From assembly GCA_964016885.1 (NCBI GenBank), contig OZ024740.1, positions 214,210,001 through 214,274,000 of the forward strand: 64,000 bases of DNA, in the 5' to 3' direction. Shown here in pieces: positions 54,470-64,000 of this stretch. A program made the position numbers and the translations under genes. Every line of letters starts with the position of its first letter. Positions within the stretch are counted from its first letter, which is position 1. Under the pieces are notes generated by a model, which did not search any database, was not told where the DNA came from, and worked only from the letters and a program-made list of their open reading frames with translations. This DNA is from Eledone cirrhosa (taxonomy: Eukaryota).

Positions 54470-55240
54470 AAATTCCTCTGGGATCGATTTTACCTTTCTC
54501 ACTCCCAGGATCGATAAAATAAATTACCAACTATTAAGGTTGATTTAATCGACTTATTCCACGTTCAACATTTCTTGTGTTGTCCTTATGAAACAATTAT
54601 TAGGGGTAGCAACATTGTGGAGTCGAACAAAACTAAATACCAATATTTAGACACCACTTTTTTACGTTCCGAGTTTAAATATCACTTTGGTTCATTTTGT
54701 CTTCCATCCATCCGGTATCAATAACATGAAGTACCTGCCCCCACCATTCCACTCCAAATTGCTGGCATTGTGCCTAAATCAGAAACATTTATATTTTCAA
54801 GACAAGTAGAAGGGGTAAAGCAGCAGATTTAATGTTTATCGTATTTGGTTACGTTCTGAGTTTAAATCCCGCCGAGATAAACTTTGCTTTTCATCCTTAC
54901 GGGGGTCGATAAAACGAAGTACCAGTAACGCACTGGAGATGATTTCTTCGACTTTCTCCTCACCCCCAAAATTGCTGGCCTTGTGCCTAAATCAGAAACC
55001 ATTATTTATATTTTGAAGAAAAGTAAAAAGTAGATTAGGTAAAGCAGAGAATTATATGGCTTATCGTATTTAGTTAGGTTTCCGGTTCAAATGCTGCCGA
55101 GGTAGACTTTACCGTTCATTCTTCCGATGGTAAAATGGGAGATAGAATATATTACCAGACAAGTACTTATGTTATGATATGAATAATTACATTCTCTTCC
55201 AGCTTTTGTATCCTACCTTGTGCTTATATTAAAAACAATT
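54470..55240 (+). mobile_element. Cluster of old, diverged S1-like SINEs
   Basis: Repeated gagtttaaatc B-box-like and tttcatcc...tcgataaaa...gtacc motifs. Confidence 0.65.
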
Positions 55241-55401
55241 AATCCGCTGAGACCAGCCAGAATCTGACAAAAGGTATTGATATCATTTCATGTTGAAATA
55301 ACGACTAAACGATTCCTCTTATTGCAACAGAACACGGAATATATAGACATTTATATATATAATAAATGTGAAGAATAAAATCTGAGGAGGGCTCGATAAG
55401 G

Positions 55402-55442
<41 letters not shown>

Positions 55443-55445
<3 letters not shown>

Positions 55446-55855
55446 GGAGAGATAACCCCTTAGCCTTTGTCAAGGCAGAATTCTAGGAGAAGGAAAACTC
55501 TGATATAACACCTGCAACCCTGATGGTATCCAATGATGTTGACTTGTTCTTCTTTTTGGTAAATATCATCTTTGTTAAGAGAGTGGGACTGGCTTTGTGC
55601 AATACCTTTGCTCACTATAAAAGCTTCACGGCACAGGTATTGCTTTATATCTGGAGATCTCTCTGCACTTGTCGTCACATGGTACCATGGGCCCAGCACT
55701 ATGTGTCAATAATTTTCACAAGTGTAGTGTTTGTACCAGAGTTTTCAAGTCGCTGGCTGGACTAAAAAGTCACACTCGTTCAGCGCATCGGTAGGGGTTC
55801 TCCTACATGGATATAGAGTAGTGGCCGTACTCGAAAACGAGTTGGCAGCCACCAT
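55443..55855 (+). mobile_element. R2 retroposon, 5'-truncated
   Basis: Highly similar to 8187-8600. Confidence 0.85.
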
Positions 55856-56370
55856 ATATATATATATAAAATTATTTATTAGGAGCGGTGGGGGTCGTTG
55901 AATAGGGAGAATTCATAGATGGGTGATTGTATGTATGTGTACTTTCACATTCTGAGATCAATACCGTGGTAGAAAACAGAAATTAATTAATTATGGTCGA
56001 TATAATCAACTACTGTACTCCTCCTCTTGTACCTGTGTTAGAAGCAGGGTTGGATTTAGACCTTGGAGGGCCCGGGGCACTTCAGCTTTAGGGGGCCCCC
56101 TCATACTAAAAAAAATTAGAATACACAGCAAATCCCCCCAATTTTACATATCAAAGTTAGCTTGGTGTCAGTAATTGGAATTGAAAAGTTATACAGGTAT
56201 TAAATTCAAAAATTCTAAACATCCTAAAACTAAAAAGCCTAGCTGAGGGTATAGATATATTGCTATGGCTGTCGTTGGGGAAAGGGGGAGAGAAAGAGAG
56301 GAGCAGGAGTGAGACATAAAGAGAGAGGAGAGGGGTAAGGGAGACAGAGGAGGAGAGACATAAGAACAGT

Positions 56371-56436
<66 letters not shown>

Positions 56437-56469
56437 AGTCCGAGAAACAGATATAAAAGATGAATCAAC

Positions 56470-56890
56470 TCCAATACTGGACTGATACTTTTTTTTTATC
56501 GATTTCGAAAGAGTGGAAATCAAAGTTGACCTCGGCAGGTTTTGAACACAGACCGTATAGAACTGGAACAAACACCGTAAATAATTCTATCCCACTTCCT
56601 CACGACTCTACAACTTCGCCGCCTCTTAATACATATAATTGTTTCTACTTTTGGCACAAGGCCAGCAATCACCCAGTGCATTACTGGTACTTTATTTTAT
56701 CGACCCCGTAAGGATGAAAGGCAAAGTCAACCTCGGCGGGATTTGAATTCAGATCGTAAAGGGACGTAACTATGCTGGAAAGCATGGCGTCCGACCCTCT
56801 ACCGATACTGCCAATCCACCGTTCTACATATAATAATTGTTTCTACTTTAGGCACAAGGCCAGCAATTACCCAGTGCATTACTGGTACAT
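56470..56890 (-). mobile_element. Tandem S1 SINE copies
   Basis: Old copy 56470-56625, young copy 56636-56822, tail piece 56832-56890. Confidence 0.85.
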
Positions 56891-59734
56891 ATAATAATGT
56901 TATATTTGAAGTGAAATGGATATGATTGAATATTGAAACTGTGACGCAGATTTGTCTCACTGAAAACTTACCACTTTCTCTCTGGTGTTCTAGGGACAAT
57001 ATACATATCAATGAGTTCCATAGTCCATTGAGTCGCTGGGAATCAGTGAAGCCTTTGATTTTATCTAGTATGTAGAGGACAAGGAGGCTTGATGGAACCT
57101 ATTACTCTCCAAATTATATCCAGAGGATGAATTGACTTCAACACACCAGCTTAACAATACTGTCGTTGTATATAACAATACCGTTGTTCTTAGCCTGTAG
57201 TATTTATTAAATCGTCAACTTCTCGGCTGCCGATATCGTACCCTGTTGACTCGGTCATCCGTAGTCACTAATTTACATATTACTTCTCATAAATATCAAT
57301 GTTATTGAGTTCATTTAAGAATAATTAATTGTTTAACAGAGGGTGAACACGTTCAGTTACATCGTAAGTGGAGATCGAGTGCGAGCACTGAGAAAAGAAA
57401 CGGTGTTTAGTGTTTAGTGAACATCTGCGTAAAATGTAATACCTGTTGAAGGCGTATGATATCTTGTATGTTGTCGTCAGTTTATACAAAAGACAATAAA
57501 TAGCTACATAGATGAAAAAGAATTGTGGAAACATGTAGAAGGACGCCATCATTTCCAATAATCAATTTTTCTAACTTCAATGATCAAAGATTTTCATATA
57601 TTTTTATTCTTTATAGTTTGTTTTTATCTTTAATGGAATATAAAAAAAAAGTAAAACAGTTAGTGTTAGCGTTTGATATCGCATTAATTAATTCCAATTA
57701 TGTTTGTTTGGTTTAAATATCTGATTCTTACGCATCCATCAACATAGACACATACAAACATATACACATGCTTTTGTACAAGTTTCCACACATGCACACC
57801 CGCGCATGCAGAGAAAGCTGAGTTGATATCTATCTGAAACCAGTTTTGAATAAATGTAGAACAATCTGTTCGGTTTTGAACTTGAATAAAAGGACGATAG
57901 TAGCAGCGTGAAAGGCTGTGAGGGTAGCGGTGTGGTGGTGTGGTACCGATGCACCGGGGCTGACGAATCAGAGGCTATTTGAGACGACAAATCAGCCTGA
58001 TAGATATTAAGTAAAAGAAAAAGGGAAAGAAAATAGCACTGATAAGATATTTTCCTTCTAAACCATCATCACCATTATCATCAGCAACAATGGCAACAAT
58101 AGCAACAACAAAAATAACAACAACAACAATAATAACAACAACAACGACGAAAACATCCAAAACAAAACGACAAAAGTAAAAAGAATAACTTTCAGTGTGC
58201 GTCTCGTCAGTTTTGTGAAGGGAGGGGCAAGGTACCGCCCTGCCCACTTAACACCCGCCTGTTCGAATTGTAGAGTAAGGATGCACTGCCAGGACCTGTC
58301 ACAGGACCACCACCGGCAAATTCAAGGTTTTATACTATAAGACGAAGGAGTGAAAAGAAATGGCCAGCATTATGTTCTTTTCAATAGACCACCTCCCATT
58401 TTTTCGGGTGATGAACAGAAGCTGTTAACCGCTAGCAAAACCACAAGCTAAGATAGAAGTCACATTGCTATTTCCGATAAAAAAAAGAGGTTCACAAACC
58501 ACTTCAAAGGTTGGGAAACACCAAACACACGAACAAATCAACAAAAATATTTATAAAACAAAAAGAAATAATGATAATAGAATAAAGAAAATTAGGAAAT
58601 ATTTAGAAAAAAAAAAGGTGTGGTATTTTTTGTTGTTTTATCAAGATAGCACTTTTACACTGTGGCAGACTGGTAGATTTTTATCTTTGACTACGTTGTT
58701 TACCTTGAATTAAGCAGGCAGAATCATGCTGACAGCATGATTCTGTTTAATTAAAGATTGGAAAGGCTGTTCGGCTCATTCTATGGTAGAATCTGACCAC
58801 ACAAAACTATGATGCAAAAGTTCTGTGAGAAGGTGCAATATTTTGGTCGTTTAAACAGTGAAAAGCCATCAGCGATTCACCACAAATGATAGCTTTAGCT
58901 TATAGAAGCTATTATTTCGCTTATCACTCACAACAGGCGCCATGAATAAAGTGCATAAAAGTTTCATAGGTGTAGAACAAGGCAAAGAATTGTTTGGTGG
59001 TGTGAGTTGTTGGCAACGGAGGAAACCTTTGTGGATCATATCGACCACAATCAGTCGTAAATGTTTTAACCACAGATATAGATAAATAATTGCGGTTGTA
59101 ATGTGGTAGGTGGATGGTTGTGGTGGTGATGATGGTGGTGCTAGTGGTTGAGTGACGTGTTTAACAATACTCTGTTATCGCCTTTGATCGTTTCCAAATC
59201 TCCGATTATATTTTACCGATTGATCACTCATACTTTTAATGTAAAATTATATTCAGTCTTAATATACACTTTATTGCTGAGAGAGAGAGAACACGAAAGA
59301 AAGGGATGGCGAAGAGAAGAGAGAAGGAAATAGAGAGAGGGAGGGGTGCAGAAAGAAAGAAGAGAGAGAGAGAGACTGAATCTTTCATATAGAAGACACT
59401 ATACTGTGTTTATAACAACAGGTTCACTGTGTCGATAATTTGATGAAGTAAAAAGTAATATTGGCTGAGTGAAACTTGTAAGAGCAATATTAGTTGAGTA
59501 TTGGCCAATAGATGGCGACTGGATAATGACTCTCAGATGAAATGTTATTAGGTGACGGAATGGTGGCTTCGTAGTGGCTAAGAACGTATATAATAAAATA
59601 TATTAAAATTGTATACAGAATCTGAACTATGATACAATCATTTTACGCTTCTCGATCATTATCCCAACTATTCTACGATACATACAAAAATATGAGCGTT
59701 GTTCCCATACAAGGAAACATAGAGGGGGAAGGGG

Positions 59735-59772
59735 GTCCTCTGATGAGGAGATAACATTCTCTGAAATGCAGC

Positions 59773-59776
<4 letters not shown>
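59735..59776 (+). ncRNA. Hammerhead motif truncated at the cleavage site
   Basis: gtcct-CTGATGA-ggaga taacat tctct-GAAA-tgcagca-TT then (AT)n; 3' strand of stem I absent. Confidence 0.65.
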
Positions 59777-59815
<39 letters not shown>

Positions 59816-59816
59816 G

Positions 59817-59899
<83 letters not shown>

Positions 59900-59904
59900 G
59901 TATG

Positions 59905-59973
<69 letters not shown>

Positions 59974-60024
59974 GTATATATATATATGTGTATATATGTA
60001 TACATATGTTTATATATATGTGTG

Positions 60025-60400
60025 TTTAATTGGCGGTAGCATTAAGACAGCGTTTAAGCATAATGGAGGTGTGTATGAAAACATATATTATACGTTTATA
60101 TACAATGAACATATGGGTCGGCATGCTGTCGAAGAAAAGAGTTTATCTTTTCTTATTTCTCACCGTAGATATATCACAGATTTGCCAGTCGACTTTGAGA
60201 ATGTCAGACAGCGTGGTTTCAAGATTTGTTAATCTTTCGTCGGTGACACTTATTCAACCTGGCATAAAATAGACTAGAGTCTATTTTGCGTCTAGAATTT
60301 TGCGTGATGAACATTTGCCGAAGATGCTCATTTGCATATAGTACGAACCTGGGTGGTTGTATATTTTTATTGTATATAAACGTATAATATGTGTTTATAT
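60025..60400 (-). mobile_element. HHR-bearing element with short inverted arms (60079-60114 / 60361-60396); HHR variant at 60201-60249
   Basis: Minus gtgtca-CCGACGA-aagatt aaca aatctt-GAAA-ccacgctg-TC-tgacat. Confidence 0.6.
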
Positions 60401-60436
60401 ATGTTTACAAATAAGCCTTTATTATATATATACTAG

Positions 60437-60630
60437 AGGGTGGTAGATTGGCAGTATCGGTAGAGGGTCGGACGCCATGCTTTGACGCATAGATTTACGG
60501 CCCTCGCCATTCTGAGTTCAAATCACGCCGAGGTTAACTTTGCCTTTCATCCTTATGGGGTCGATAAAATAAAGTACCAGTAATGTACTGGATAATTGCT
60601 GGCCTTGTGCCAAAAGTAGAAACAATTATA
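60437..60630 (+). mobile_element. S1 SINE, full length
   Basis: A-box-like tggcagtatcgg, B box gagttcaaatc, 3' end gtagaaacaatta. Confidence 0.9.
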
Positions 60631-60636
60631 TATATA

Positions 60637-61758
60637 CTAGCCGAATTACTCGCGCCTTGCTGCGTTTCACACATTTTTTTTTGTAAGAAAATGATGATTT
60701 ATTTTAAATCAGTGATATAATTTATGGAGAAAAACTTTGCATTTCAATATTACTCAATGTAAAATTTAATGCATGAAATATTGGAAAACATTAATTTTTG
60801 TAATATATCAAAATTACATTATTAAATCTTATTCTTATTTTGTTTCTTGTAAATAATTTTTTTCAAAATATCAATTCAAAACTTGATCATTTCATTTTTG
60901 TGTAAAGCATTATTTTCAAATTAGAAATTCAAAGTTTAATTATTTATTTTTTAACATAATAAATGTATGAAAATATATTTCATATTTTGTCCTAATGAAG
61001 AACTTCAGGGTTAAACAACATTTCTTGTCTTTCTTTGATTGGCTAAAATGTAGAGATTTTTTGAAGTTCCAGTCTTTGAAATAGCCACATAAAACATGCC
61101 ATGACTGAAACATGGGTTTGTCAGATCTATACCAATAGTTTTGAAAGTTTGACCTTGACTCTTATTGATGCTCATGGAAAAACATGGCTTCACTGGGAAC
61201 TGCAGCCTCTTAAATGTAAAAGGCAACTCGCTATCACTTGGTATAAGTGGAATCCTCGGAATGAGAAGAGCTTGACCTTTGTATGACACCCACCGAATAT
61301 AATGGTTGCTTCAATCAAGTTCTCATGCAATCTTGTTACAACACATCTTGTTCCATTTATTGGCCAACATTTTCACTATAGAGGGTTTAACCACCATTAG
61401 GGTGTCTTAATATTATTGAAATTTGCTGAAATTTTGTGAATAGGCGTCATATCTTGTCATTTACCTGTGGTTTAAATTTCATATAAATCGAAGGGGAAAC
61501 ATTTTCAGCGGGGACCCCACTGGACCCCCGGACCCCCCCCGGGCCTTCTCGGAGGATCCCCCTCCGAGGAACCCTTTGATTAAGATGAAATATATTTATG
61601 CAAATACCCTGGGCAGTGTAGTTTCAGAATATATATATGGTTATGGGGGTCTATCTCCCAAAATCATAGGAGTTCGTGAACAAAAAACAAAAAAAACAAA
61701 CAAAACAAAACAAAACACAAAAACAAACAGACAGGAACTACAAATTTATATATATAGA
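60637..61758 (-). mobile_element. Internally deleted Helitron with Pif1 helicase C-terminal remnant (about 60995-61360)
   Basis: A|TCTATATATATAAATTTG 5' end at 61758, CTAG|T at 60637; IPRIPL...RLQFPVKPCFSMSINKSQGQT...CFSHGMFYVAIS. Confidence 0.9.
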
Positions 61759-61999
61759 TATATACAGAGAGAGAAAGAAATATAATAGACAGATGCATAC
61801 ATTTATACAGCCCCCCATATATATATATGTATATGTATGTGTGTGTATGTATATATATATATATATTTATTAAAATAACAGATTAAACTTTAATCTGTTA
61901 TTTTAATAAATATTTGCTCTACGGTTCTTATATATTTGATATATATTTATCCTTATCGAGCCCTCTTTGGATTTTAGTCTTCAAATTTATTATTATTAC

Positions 62000-62058
<59 letters not shown>

Positions 62059-62339
62059 AGGTCGCAGGGTCGGGTCGTCGGCGACTAAACCGGCAATCCC
62101 ACCAAGTTTACTTGGTGAGGAGGGTGATTTTGGACACCTGCAGGACAAAAAACAAAACCTGACAAAGGGCGGAAGAACTCATAAGAGTCAACGGCTATCC
62201 AAAAATGTGTAAATATGTATATACACATGTACATATGTATGTGTATGCGTGTGTATATGCCTGGAGTGTCAGGGAGGGTCATTTACCTCGGGGCAGGGGG
62301 GGGGGGGGGGGGCTATCCATGCCCATTTCAGAACAGCTC

Positions 62340-62960
62340 GTCCTGCATTAGGTCCCACCAGACACTCAGCTCTCACCTATGGCCCCAAGAAGCTGTAGCA
62401 TGCGACAGCGGCCACACCCCGGTAAACCGCCTTGGTTGGCGGGCCGAACCAGGTTGAGGGTAGCCGGACGGGTCTGAAACCCCCCGGTGAGTTAGATAGG
62501 GGATGCCTGCCCCTGCATGCGAAGACTGGACCCGACGGAGTGAGTGGAGGAGGACAACATCGTCCCAACGGTCACGAAGGCGGCGACAGCAAGCGGTGTG
62601 GAGCGCTAGGGCACGGCAAGGTACTACAGACGTCGTGGCCATCCACTGCAGCCAAGGAAGTCCCTGGTGGTGACGGTCCTCCGTACCACCGGATTCTGGC
62701 TTCTGTGGCCAAGTGAGTGGGACCGTCACTGTGCACTGGCCCTCCCACTATAAACCTTTCCCGCACAGGTTTCTTCTTTAGCGTGCACTCCCAAAGCCCT
62801 GCAGCGATGGGCATGAGGCGGAGGTAACAGGTGGAGGTAACCTCTGGTAGTTGCCAGTCTGACTCCGGTCTCTTCCCCTGCCCCCACTCTCCTCGGACCT
62901 GCGAGTCAAGGATCGGCCTCCACAGCCACCTTCGTGCCCACGACAGACGGGAACAACAAT
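62340..62960. mobile_element. GC-rich segment resembling a LINE (RTE-like) 5' UTR
   Basis: Abrupt GC-rich island with no coherent ORF; the assignment is an impression only. Confidence 0.3.
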
Positions 62961-63007
62961 AAAGAAGATGTCATCATCGTTTACGATGGACAACCAAGAT
63001 ATATGTA

Positions 63008-63069
<62 letters not shown>

Positions 63070-63240
63070 CGTGTGTGTGTGTGTGTGCGTGTGTGCACCT
63101 GCGTGTGCGGATGTGTATATTAGCCTACTACTCAACATCCTGTTCTATTGAGTGTTTTACCATGTTTATGTCCAAACATAAATTGCCCACACGCTGCCTG
63201 TTATATTAAGTTGTACGCCAAGCAAGCGAAGTATATGATA

Positions 63241-63272
<32 letters not shown>

Positions 63273-63277
<5 letters not shown>

Positions 63278-63545
63278 TCATCATCATCATCATTTCATTT
63301 TACGTCCGCTTTTCCCTGATTGCAAGGGTGGGACGGGAACTGATTCTGGCTTGATTTCTACAGCTGGATGCCCTTCCTAACACCAACCTCATTTACAGTG
63401 AGTGCTGGGTGCTTTTTTGCCGTGGCACCTCCACGACCACTTTGCAGTGGAATGATAGGGACGCCAGTCCCTATCATCTCATTTCTACAGCTGAGTAAAC
63501 TGGAGCAATGTGAAATAAAGTGTCTTGCTCAAGGAAACAACATAT
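63273..63545 (-). mobile_element. S2-type SINE with RTE-like 3' part and (TGA)n tail
   Basis: Minus ccttgagcaagacacttt ... ggaagggcatccagctgtag ... (tga)n. Confidence 0.7.
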
Positions 63546-63594
<49 letters not shown>

Positions 63595-63797
63595 ATACTT
63601 GGGGAGGGTCATATTTGTGTAATAATATTGCTAGAATTAATAACAGAACACACTCACTGTTTGGTTGGTTTTCGCTACTGTGTCTTTTATATCGGTTAAT
63701 TTAACTTATTTGGTCCTCAATGTTACCATTGACTGACCAACGGTAAAAAATACAGATACAATATAAACACAAACACATATATAGTCTAACAAACTTC

Positions 63798-63831
63798 TTT
63801 CGTTGCACATCTGCAACATCGTCAGTGGTGC
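63798..63831 (-). ncRNA. Partial hammerhead core
   Basis: Minus gcacca-CTGACGA-t gttgca gatg tgcaac-GAAA; no matching stem III or cleavage strand found. Confidence 0.4.
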
Positions 63832-64000
63832 TATTATGTTTCGTCCCGTTGTATTGTATGCCTACGCCATCTTTATTTAGTCTGTTTATTTATTTATTTA
63901 TTTATTTATTTTTATTTTTTTTTTTTGACTTCTCTGCGCATGCGTTTGCGTGTGTGTATAGTGTTTTGTTTGATGTGTGTTCGTTTTTGGGTGACTGTGT

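Noticed and set aside
57000-59100. Possible host exons or transposase remnants
   Set aside because: No sustained reading frame or recognisable motif by eye

Overview
AT-rich eukaryotic DNA packed with (TA)n/(CA)n/(CT)n/(CATA)n microsatellites. The repeat content suggests an invertebrate, probably an octopus-like cephalopod (inference). I found no credible host gene; most ORFs in the track are microsatellite translations. The non-repetitive islands are almost all mobile-element DNA: a decayed Helitron Rep-helicase (11109-14280), several non-autonomous Helitrons, an RTE-like LINE fragment, RLE-type LINE 3' ends, tRNA-derived and RTE-derived SINEs, and Penelope-like elements (PLEs) with at least two GIY-YIG sequence types. 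The main result, found by eye, is about 27 type-I hammerhead ribozyme (HHR) motifs from about 16 sequence families, sitting mostly between TA microsatellites. Some lie at the 3' ends of coding PLEs. Others lie in 420-580 bp non-coding units whose 3' end repeats their 5' start (retrozyme-like, compatible with circular or tandem RNA templates). Many insertions share the layout inverted partial copy + body + unique 3' tail, with fold-back arms up to 2.9 kb. One PLE family carries an apparent compensatory U3-A8 core variant in two copies. All structures were assigned manually and none was computed or tested.
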